From Candidatus Poribacteria bacterium (GTDB lineage Bacteria > Poribacteria > WGA-4E > WGA-3G), in the NCBI GenBank assembly GCA_963665235.2, contig CAXXLX010000001.1, positions 4,160,001 to 4,224,000 on the forward strand: a DNA stretch of 64,000 bases, given 5' to 3'. Within the stretch, counting starts at the first letter, position 1; every line of letters begins with the position of its first letter. The notes below the pieces were generated by a model that had not been told where the DNA came from, ran no database searches, and saw only the letters and a list, made by a program, of their open reading frames with translations. Below, piece by piece: positions 36,778-45,600 of this stretch. The position numbers and the translations under genes are program-made.

Positions 36778-38853
36778 TTACGCTTCGTCCTCTTCTACCT
36801 TTGATTCAGCGACGATTTTCTGTGCCACATCTTCAGGGACAATCTCGTAGTTTGCAAATTCCATCGTGAAGGTGCCGCGTGCACTGGTCATTGACTTGAG
36901 GTCGATGGAATACCGTAGCATTTCTGCAAGCGGTACTGAGGCTTGAATCACCTGCCGTTTGCCTACCTGTTCGACTCCCATAACCTGCCCGCGTCGTCCA
37001 TTCAGGTCGCCGATGATATTTCCCATAAACTGATCGGGTACCGAAATAGAGACGTTCATAATCGGTTCGAGCAGGCATGGGTCGGCTTGTTCGGCGGCGG
37101 CGGTGAATGCAAGTGAGCCTGCGATTTGGAACGCCATATCCGAAGAGTCTACTTGGTGGTGTTTTCCATCGAAAAGGTCAATTTGAACATCGACTAGCGG
37201 GTATCCGGCTATCAATCCGCGTTCCATTCTTTGGCGGATGCCTTTTTCCACGGCTGGAATGTAGTTGCTGGGAATCACGCCGCCTTTGATATTGTCGATA
37301 AACTCAAATCCTTCACCGCGTTCTAGGGGGGCGAGGTTAATCGTGACATCTCCGAATTGTCCTTTACCGCCGGATTGTTTTTTGTATCTCTCCTGAACCT
37401 TTTCGACGCGGCGGCGTACTGTTTCCCGGTAGGGGACCTTCGGTACAGCGACTGCCGTTTCGACCCCGAACTTATCGGCTATCCGTTCCCGGTTGACAGT
37501 GATGTGAAGGTCGCCTAACCCGGAGACGACGAGTTGTTTCGTTTCCTCTCTCCGTTCGATTTTGAAAGTTGGGTCTTCTTCACTGATTCGACTCAGGGCG
37601 GTCATCAGTTTTTCATCGTCGCCTTCTCGCATTGGACTGATAGCGTAAGAGAGGACAGCGTTCGGGAATTCAATGCCTGCAAGTTGAATCGGTGCGTCTC
37701 TGTCACAGAGTGTATCGCCTGTTTGGGTTGCGGTAAGTTTCGTCAGTGCCCCGATATCTCCAGCACCTACACTGGTGGTGTTAATTGCCTGTTTGCCGTT
37801 CATGTAGGTCGGTTTTCCGATACGTTCTAACTGGTCCTGCGTGGTATTGCTTGCCTGTGAATCGCTTTCTAGTGCGCCGGAATAGACTCGGAAGAAGCTG
37901 AGCTGTCCTGCAAACGGATCGGCGATAGTTTTGAAGACGACAGCTGACATCGGTGCGTCTGCTGCGGGTTCACGGGTTGTGGATTCATCTGTGGCATCCT
38001 GCGCTGCCCCTACCTGCACAGGCGATGGGCAACAGGTGAGAACGGTATCCATCAGCTGCTGAACGCCGATGTTTTTCACTGCGGACCCACATAGTACTGG
38101 TGCAAATTGGTTGTTAATAATCCCGGTCTGCAGTCCCTCCTGGATTTCCTGTTCGGAGAGTTCTCCTTCAAAAAACTTCTCGATGAGTTCATCATCGCTT
38201 TCGGCAGCGATTTCGACCAGGGCTTCACTGGATTCTTCCGCGGTAGCAGCGAGGTCCGCGGGGACTTCTGCTTTCGCGCTGCGTTTGTTGCCATCCGGTT
38301 CAAGGAACGCTGCATTTTGAATTATATCAACGACTCCCGTAAACTGCTCCTCGCTTCCGATTGGCAGTTGCATTGGCACTGCCCGTGTCTCTAGCGTATC
38401 CTCGATGCTGGCGAGGGTGTTTTCAAAACTAGCGTTCTCCTTATCCATTTTATTGATAAAGATAATCCGTGGCAGTTCGTACTTATCCGCAATTTCCCAA
38501 ACCTTTTCCGTTCCGCCTTCTACGCCTGTTGTTGCGTCCACGACGACGACAACCGCGTCCACGACGCGAAGTACACTGTGGAGGTCGCCGTAAAAATCTT
38601 CTGCACCGGGGGTATCAATGAGATTCAGCTTATGTTCTTCCCATTCCGCGATACAGACTGAGCAATTGAGGGTTGTTTTGCGTTCTATCTCATCAGTGGC
38701 ATAATCAGCTACGGTAGTGCCTTCATCTACGGAGCCCATTCGTTCAATGGCCCCGCCGTTGTAGAGCATCGCTTCAATCAGGGAGGTTTTCCCGGCTCCC
38801 GAATGTGAAATAATTCCGATATTCCGAATTTGTTCTGTCCTATATTGTCTCAT
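36778..38853 (-). CDS. fusA: Elongation factor G-like GTPase (EF-G2 type)
   Basis: 691 aa; HSGAGKTS, DTPG, NKMD, GLGDLH, KQSGGKGQFG, VDSSDMAF; divergent RKTTL/DTPGAEDF mark a second paralogue. Confidence 0.93.
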   Translation of the reverse strand: MRQYRTEQIRNIGIISHSGAGKTSLIEAMLYNGGAIERMGSVDEGTTVADYATDEIERKTTLNCSVCIAEWEEHKLNLIDTPGAEDFYGDLHSVLRVVDAVVVVVDATTGVEGGTEKVWEIADKYELPRIIFINKMDKENASFENTLASIEDTLETRAVPMQLPIGSEEQFTGVVDIIQNAAFLEPDGNKRSAKAEVPADLAATAEESSEALVEIAAESDDELIEKFFEGELSEQEIQEGLQTGIINNQFAPVLCGSAVKNIGVQQLMDTVLTCCPSPVQVGAAQDATDESTTREPAADAPMSAVVFKTIADPFAGQLSFFRVYSGALESDSQASNTTQDQLERIGKPTYMNGKQAINTTSVGAGDIGALTKLTATQTGDTLCDRDAPIQLAGIEFPNAVLSYAISPMREGDDEKLMTALSRISEEDPTFKIERREETKQLVVSGLGDLHITVNRERIADKFGVETAVAVPKVPYRETVRRRVEKVQERYKKQSGGKGQFGDVTINLAPLERGEGFEFIDNIKGGVIPSNYIPAVEKGIRQRMERGLIAGYPLVDVQIDLFDGKHHQVDSSDMAFQIAGSLAFTAAAEQADPCLLEPIMNVSISVPDQFMGNIIGDLNGRRGQVMGVEQVGKRQVIQASVPLAEMLRYSIDLKSMTSARGTFTMEFANYEIVPEDVAQKIVAESKVEEDEA

Positions 38854-38882
38854 TTTTTAGAAATTTCTCCTTTTGTAACGAA

Positions 38883-38904
38883 CGGCACGGCGGAGCGTGC
38901 CTAC
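38883..38904 (-). repeat. Single GTAG-type REP (GTAGGCACGCTCCGCCGTGCCG)
   Basis: cggcacggcggagcgtgcctac hairpin. Confidence 0.65.
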
Positions 38905-38999
38905 TCCCTATGGTAAAGATATATCATTCTATCACATGTTTAGAAAAAAGTCAAGAAAAATTCGCGAAGCAAGAATTAATTTCTCAATTTCGAAAGTAC

Positions 39000-39029
39000 T
39001 TGACATCTATAAACAAAAAATGCTATAAT
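39000..39029 (+). promoter_or_regulatory. Consensus sigma70 promoter
   Basis: TTGACA-N18-TATAAT with extended TG. Confidence 0.7.
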
Positions 39030-39096
39030 TTTCTTATACTCAAAAACCTACCATTGGGGCGCGTGGATAAACTCACAAAAGGAAGAGGTAAAAATT

Positions 39097-39639
39097 ATGC
39101 TAGACTTCAATTTTGCATCCATCACCCTAATAGACATCGGTGTGCTTAGCATCAGTATTATCGGTTTATGGTGGTTAGCTAGGCGGTACAACGTGCTGCA
39201 GCAGGAACATAAAACCTTGCAGCAGGAACACAAAACCCTACGGCAAGCACATGAAACCTTGCAGCAGGCTTATGAGACCTTGCAGGAGAAATACAACGTC
39301 CTGCTACAAGCACATGAAACCTTGCAGCAGGAACATGAAACCCTACAGCAGGAATTCAGAGCTTTTCAAAGTGCAGCCGACCGCCGATACAGTGCCGCGC
39401 AGCTGGAATGGGAAGACCAATACAAAACCTTGCAGCTGGAATGGGAAGAACGATACAATCCGCTAAAAGAAGAGTATGACACCCTGAAGGCGGAAAGCGA
39501 AATTCTCAAAACCGGATTAGAGACGATAACACAGGAGCACAAGCTCCTCGAACGGACATGTGATACGATGGCTGGCAGATATCAGGAAATCAGCGATAAA
39601 TTCACGCTCATTCTCGAAACACTTGCTGCTAGAAACTAG
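39097..39639 (+). CDS. Membrane-anchored coiled-coil protein with 21-nt heptad repeats
   Basis: One N-terminal TM, then (LQQEHET)-like heptads. Confidence 0.8.
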   Translation: MLDFNFASITLIDIGVLSISIIGLWWLARRYNVLQQEHKTLQQEHKTLRQAHETLQQAYETLQEKYNVLLQAHETLQQEHETLQQEFRAFQSAADRRYSAAQLEWEDQYKTLQLEWEERYNPLKEEYDTLKAESEILKTGLETITQEHKLLERTCDTMAGRYQEISDKFTLILETLAARN

Positions 39640-39653
39640 GAATGGGGACATAT

Positions 39654-40022
39654 ATGAAAACACTTTTCTTTGGCTTCGGTGCAGGTTTTAGTCTACTTGG
39701 CGTTGTGCTGGGTGCTTTTGGGGCACACACGCTTGAGAAGCATCTCACTAAGGAGAATCTAGACATCTTTGAGGTTGCCGTGCGATATCAGATGTACCAC
39801 GGGATAGGCTTAATCGTTGTGGCATGGGCCTCGGCACAATGGCAGGGTTCGCTGACAATGGCGGCAGGATGGTGTTTTATTGCTGGCATTCTCATTTTTT
39901 CAGGGAGCCTTTATACGCTTAGTCTCACTGGTATCCGTTGGCTAGGTGCAATAACCCCGATTGGGGGATTGGCTTTTATCGCTGGATGGGCCTGCTTGAT
40001 AATAACCGCTTTCCGAAAGTGA
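39654..40022 (+). CDS. DUF423 (YgdD/TMEM256) membrane protein
   Basis: LGAFGAH, YQMYH, FSGSLY, LGAITPIGG. Confidence 0.93.
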   Translation: MKTLFFGFGAGFSLLGVVLGAFGAHTLEKHLTKENLDIFEVAVRYQMYHGIGLIVVAWASAQWQGSLTMAAGWCFIAGILIFSGSLYTLSLTGIRWLGAITPIGGLAFIAGWACLIITAFRK

Positions 40023-40045
40023 ATTTGCAATCAACTTTATTAAAA

Positions 40046-40289
40046 TTACGTGAGTTTGATAATAAATGTTCGTTGGTTTCCCTAACCTCTATACAGATAT
40101 CGTCCCTACGGGACTAAGTTGGGATGGAGACGGTTTTCTATAAAGATATCGTCCCTACGGGACTAAGAGGTGGGCAGAAACCCAGGTGCCTATAAACATA
40201 TCGTCCTTAAGTAGCGGATTTTTCGCCCAGTATTCGGGCAACCAGCCCGCTCTCCATACTAGATGAAAGCTTTTTTCAAACTTACGTTA
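40046..40289. mobile_element. TAACGTGAG-type MITE with REP units; right TIR overlaps the pbpC stop codon
   Basis: ttacgtgagtttgataataa...ttttcaaacttacgtta. Confidence 0.75.
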
Positions 40290-42686
40290 AAATTCCTTCT
40301 TGACAATAATGAGAGGCAAGCTGGTTGCTCTGCCCTCTCCATCGATACACATTAACTCATGCTTTCCGACAGTAGGGGTTAAGAACGTTGGCTCTACCGC
40401 TTTCCCCTTGAAGATAAGCTCCCCATTCAGAAACCAGAAAATCTCCTGTGTGTCGCCAGACACCGAAGCGGATAACCGAATCTTTTGATGCTGTAGCGGG
40501 ACACCCGAACGGATATAATATACAGTCTCCTGTACGGGGGATAGGATAACCGGGTGTGTACCAGTGAGCGTGCGGGTGCATGTCCTGTTATGCGGTGGAA
40601 GTAGGGGAACAGCGAAACCGTTTGCCTGTAGGTAGGTCGCCACCGCTGCTGGCCACACCGCAATTGTCTCTTCACGGTAGGCTTTTCCCGGGCGGCATGA
40701 TGAGCAGAGCCGTTCTCCTGTTGTTATATCTACCTGGACGCGCGTGTGAATGTGACATTCACGGACAGCGGAGATGCCGGGGATATATACATCCGAAGTT
40801 GACGTTGGGCAGTGCGATGATAAAGGCAAGCCGCTTAATGCACAGACCAACCGTGTCTTGAGGTTGGCAGGTTTGCTAAACCACCTGTGGGTCTTTTCGC
40901 TGGAAAGGGCAGTGAAGAGCGCGAAAAGGATAGGCGCAGCAGCCTCGGAACCGCTGAGCACAGGCGACCCGACTCCGTTGAAATTGCCTAACCACACGCC
41001 AATAGTTAGCGCAGGTGAATAGCCGATGCTCCAAGCATCTCTGTGGCCATAAGATGTTCCTGTTTTCCACGCCACCTTTGGGAACGTGCCAGTCTTCTCA
41101 AAAGATTTAGGAAAATCGGGACGTTGTAACGTCGTCAGCATTTCGGTGACAAGCCAACTCGTCTCCGGGCGCAACAGACGGCGCACTGGTGGGGCAAAGG
41201 TTGCGGATGTCGACTCTACTTTTTCATTGACGATTCGATACGGTGCAAATTCCCCCATATTCGCCAAACCTGCGTAGAGATTTGTTAGCTCGAGGAGATT
41301 GATACCGCACCCGCCAAGCACAAGCGACAATCCATAGTCCTCCTGATGTGTGAGCGTAGAAATCCCCGCCTGTTTAAGAAATCCGTAAAGTCTATTTTTT
41401 TCCATCTTCGCAGAGAGATTGACAGCAGGTACATTGAGCGACCGCGCTAATGCATCTTGCACTGTAACGTATCCTGTGTACTTTCCATCGTAATTGACAG
41501 GTGAATAACCGCTGAAGTCAACCGGGACATCGAACAGCACTGTTTGCTGCGTAATAAGTCCCGCGTCAATAGCAAGCGCGTAGATAAAGGGTTTGAGCGT
41601 TGAACCGGGGGAGCGGGCAGATAGTGTGCCGTTGACTTGACCCGCGGATGCCTTATCAAAGAAATCGTGTGCCCCAACCATTGCAAGCACTTCACGAGTT
41701 TTGGTGTCCATAACGACAACTGCCCCTGTAGAGACCCGCTGCTTTTGCAACGGGAGTAGGTATTCCCGCAAGATACGTTTTGCTGTGTCCTGATACCGGA
41801 CATCCACTGTGGTGTGTATTGTAGATTGAAACGGGTGTTGTTTGGCAAGGCGGCGGCAGAGGTGAGGGGCTTTAAAAGGAAGGGGATATCGTTTTGTCGG
41901 AATAGGCTCCTGTTCTGCTTCCGCCATCTGCTGTGCGGAGATTTTTCCGGCATTTTTCAGGCGCAGCAGCACCTTTGTTCGTGCCTCGCGTGCGCGTTCG
42001 GGAAACCGCTCGGGTCGTAAACTTTCCGGTGAATTCGGGATGGCCGCCAGAAGTGCAGCTTCCCCCAGACTCAACGCACTTTGCGGTTTATTGAAATAGA
42101 GGCGTGACGCAGCAGCGGAGCCGACGATATTGCCTCCGTAAGGCAGCATATTGATGTAAAACGTCAATATCTCCGATTTCGTGTAGGTCAGCTCTAACTG
42201 AAGGGCACGAAACATTTCGATGAGTTTGTTGGACAGCGTCCGGCGTTTCGGCTCCATGAGCCGGGCGAGTTGCATCGTGATTGTAGAACCGCCACGCACA
42301 ATCTTTCTCGCTTTGAGGTTGTCAAACGCAGCACTGAGAAGTGCAGCAGGGTTGATACCCCAATGCTGGTAAAACCACCGGTCTTCATAAGTTAGTATAG
42401 CAGTTTGAAGCTGCGGGGATACGGCAGATAGCGATGTTTCCGGCATCCGCCACATATCATCTGGTGCAGTAAAGGCACGGAGCCAATAGCCATTTCTATC
42501 AAGTACCACAGTTGATGGTACCGGCTGAAGTTTCTCTGTAGGCAGCGGGAAACACCAATTGGCAACAACAAAAAAGCACAACGGAATTAAGGGGAGTGCT
42601 ACGATGTACCATCTTTTCCGTACGCTTTTTACCAATCTGATTACAGCATTCAGAAAATTCGGGAAATTGCGTCTTGTGAGTTTCAT
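40287..42686 (-). CDS. pbpC: Penicillin-binding protein 1C
   Basis: EDRWF, GGSTITMQLAR, SPGSTLKP, SLN, KTGTS; directly downstream of alpha-2-macroglobulin. Confidence 0.95.
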   Translation of the reverse strand: MKLTRRNFPNFLNAVIRLVKSVRKRWYIVALPLIPLCFFVVANWCFPLPTEKLQPVPSTVVLDRNGYWLRAFTAPDDMWRMPETSLSAVSPQLQTAILTYEDRWFYQHWGINPAALLSAAFDNLKARKIVRGGSTITMQLARLMEPKRRTLSNKLIEMFRALQLELTYTKSEILTFYINMLPYGGNIVGSAAASRLYFNKPQSALSLGEAALLAAIPNSPESLRPERFPERAREARTKVLLRLKNAGKISAQQMAEAEQEPIPTKRYPLPFKAPHLCRRLAKQHPFQSTIHTTVDVRYQDTAKRILREYLLPLQKQRVSTGAVVVMDTKTREVLAMVGAHDFFDKASAGQVNGTLSARSPGSTLKPFIYALAIDAGLITQQTVLFDVPVDFSGYSPVNYDGKYTGYVTVQDALARSLNVPAVNLSAKMEKNRLYGFLKQAGISTLTHQEDYGLSLVLGGCGINLLELTNLYAGLANMGEFAPYRIVNEKVESTSATFAPPVRRLLRPETSWLVTEMLTTLQRPDFPKSFEKTGTFPKVAWKTGTSYGHRDAWSIGYSPALTIGVWLGNFNGVGSPVLSGSEAAAPILFALFTALSSEKTHRWFSKPANLKTRLVCALSGLPLSSHCPTSTSDVYIPGISAVRECHIHTRVQVDITTGERLCSSCRPGKAYREETIAVWPAAVATYLQANGFAVPLLPPHNRTCTRTLTGTHPVILSPVQETVYYIRSGVPLQHQKIRLSASVSGDTQEIFWFLNGELIFKGKAVEPTFLTPTVGKHELMCIDGEGRATSLPLIIVKKEF

Positions 42687-42693
42687 GGTTTTG

Positions 42694-45600
42694 CTAATGG
42701 CTAATGACTATTTTACCACTATTAGCAACAGAAGATTTTGCGGGGTCATACATCGCTTCAGCGGAGACGGGTGGCAACGTAAACTCGCCGCGCGTTACGG
42801 CACGTAGGGCATAATGGAATTTTCGTTCCCGTTGACGCGGGAAGGTGCCGAAGAAGATAAGCCGGTCGTCGCGAATGTCGACGTAATCCGGTTTGAAGTC
42901 CTGCGTTTTCAACCAGGGAATTCCTGTCCGCGAAGCTAACCGCGCGTTCTCAATTTCAAAACCTGCTGGCAACATATCTACGACTACAACATTTTCCAGG
43001 TTTGAAGTAAGGGCTTTGACTGTAATTTCTGCTATCACCAAATTCCCGTGTCGGAATTCGTTATTATTGTATGGTATTCCCTCTCGATTAAGGTAGCGTC
43101 GCCGGACCACTAACTGTCGGTCGTATTCCTCAATAAAGGAATCGCGTTGTATACCGAATGCTGACCAATAGTAATAGCAACTGCCCTCCCCTTCAATAGC
43201 AATTTGAACCTGCGCGCCATCCCAATCTTTATCACTTAATTGGAGTCCTGTTTTTGAATCGAAATCGCCGATATGTTCTCCATTTAGCGTGAGCGTGCCG
43301 GTATAGTTTCCATCCATTTTCTTTTTCAGGATTTTGCCGAGGGCAAGAAAGGCGAATGCGTTTTCTTGAGTCGTGCCCCACCGTTTTCTTTGGGCTGCAG
43401 CGTCGCTCAGGTTGCTAACAAGTGTTGGAATAGATGGGTGGTTTTCGTTGACCTCGGCGAGGACATCGAGGATAATCGCTTGCGACCGAACCGGTGAATC
43501 AAAATTTGTGCCGGTCTCGCGATGCCCCTCGTTTTGAGATGAAACGGACATAGGGAGCATAGAGAGGGCTGTCTCCAATTCACCGCTGAGGGCATAAGCA
43601 CCCGCCAATTGAAATTGACTATAATCGGTAAGTCCACTGAGGAGATTGTTTTTTAAATAGTGCATCACCCCTTTTTCTGGTGCTTCGGCAGCGGCTAAGA
43701 CGTAACAAGCGTAAACAGCTCGGGCAACTTCATATCTATTAGATTTATCAATTTTTTGGATTTCGCTTCGGTCAACACCCCCTATAAGCTGTTTTGCCTG
43801 TTCTTTTAACCCTTGTAGCATTGCGCTGTAAACCCGGTCAGAGACCTGATAACCTGCTTTACGCGCTTCAACCAAAAAGTGCGAAGCATAGACACTACTC
43901 CAATGATTAATGTATCGTCCGCCGGGCCAGTATGAAAAATGATTTTGAGAGGTGAGCATACTTTCAAGTTTCGTGATACCGGCTGTAATGTAGGCATCAA
44001 TGCTTTCATCTGAAGCGATTTCAGGGTCAACAGTCCGGGCGACATCCTTAAAATAGAGCAGTGGAAACACTCGACTTGTCGTTTGCTCAAGACATCCATA
44101 CGGATAGCGGAGCAGATAACGAATCCCCCCAGCAAACTCAACCGCAGGAAACGGTGAAACGGTGAGCGTAAAGTCGGACGACTCCGCTATGTAGTTAGAA
44201 GGAAAAATGAGGTCCGCGGGGTTCGCTGCGCTTACTACCCCATGCCCGGTCTGTGTTACTGGGGGTGCAGCGGAGCGGAGCGGCAGTTGGACTGACATCT
44301 GTGTCTGTTCATTATTTCCAGAAGCGTTCAAGGTAAAGGTAGCTTTGCCAATCGCATCATGGGCCATCAGTTCGAAAATGAGTTGTGCCTCACTATCATT
44401 CGCAATCTGTATCTGGCGGTTGACAGTATGCGGAGAATGGCTACTCCCTTCTACCGGGAGGAGTTGGACATCACCGGCTGCATGCAATTCGACACGAAAT
44501 TCTCCATCTCTCCCTGTGCCGTTATATACATTTACAGGAAACTGGATACGGTCCCCTCCCGCCAGGAAACGGGGGAATGTTGGTGTTAGTACCACCGGTT
44601 CACGAACTTTGATAAATTTTTCTGTAGAACCGTAGTATGCATTGGAAAAAGCGACCGCCATTAACCGCAAGGTGCCGTTGAATTGCGGGACATGGAAATC
44701 GACCTTTCCTCTGCCGTACCGGTCCGTTTTCAAAATTCCCGACCAGAGTGAAACCGGTTTGACGCGTATAACACTGCCGGTGTTAATTCGTTTTGCCCGT
44801 CCATCTGTGCTAGCTGCCCCATCCCCGCCGGGGCTCGAGGCGGCTTGTACTGTCGGAATTTCGGGTAAGATAGAGGTATAGAGGTCATAGGTGTCTGTTT
44901 TTAGACCGCGCTGCCGATAGAAGTAGCCGTGTGGGTCGGGTGTACGGAAATCTGTCAACTGAAGTATTCCTTCATCAACTGCAGCGATGATAACATGTGA
45001 GAACGCCCTTTGGCCGCCACGCACGCGAAACTTGACGGTTACATCGCTATTTGGTCGCATCTCTTCGGGGGCCTCTAAGTTGATAGTGAGTCGGTTGGGC
45101 TCAGCGTCTATTTTCAAAGGAATGACCCCGAAAGCCCGCGCGGGCGCGTGTTCCTCATAAGAACCGGTCGACCGAATCAAGGTACCAGAAAGGTAGATGT
45201 TCGGTTTATAACCGTACTGGACCGGAATATCCAAGCTGGCTGTATTTCCTCTGAGTGTGACAGTTCGGTAGCTCAAAATCTTTTCCCGTTCTATTGTCAA
45301 TAAAAGTTTACCGGGAAATGGTGCTTTAATCTGTAGTTTGGCTGTCTCCCCGATTCGGTATACGGGTTTATTCAAAGACATTTCAAGCAGGGTGGGGTTT
45401 TCCATGGAGTAGGGAACTGTCCGCCATCCACTTGCTTCGATGTCCAATTCGGTTTTTGCACCAGACGCTGTGTCTTGAAGCTGCAATCGGTATTCGCCAT
45501 AGTCGGTGGGCGTGAACGTGAAGGTGCCCATCTCTTCCGTTGAGATAAATTCGCGGGATTCTAACGTGGTGACCTGTCTATCGGATACGTATTCATACTG

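Noticed and set aside
36778-38853. Tetracycline ribosomal protection protein
   Set aside because: Length and domain IV/V motifs (KQSGG.GQFG, VDSSDMAF) fit an EF-G paralogue.
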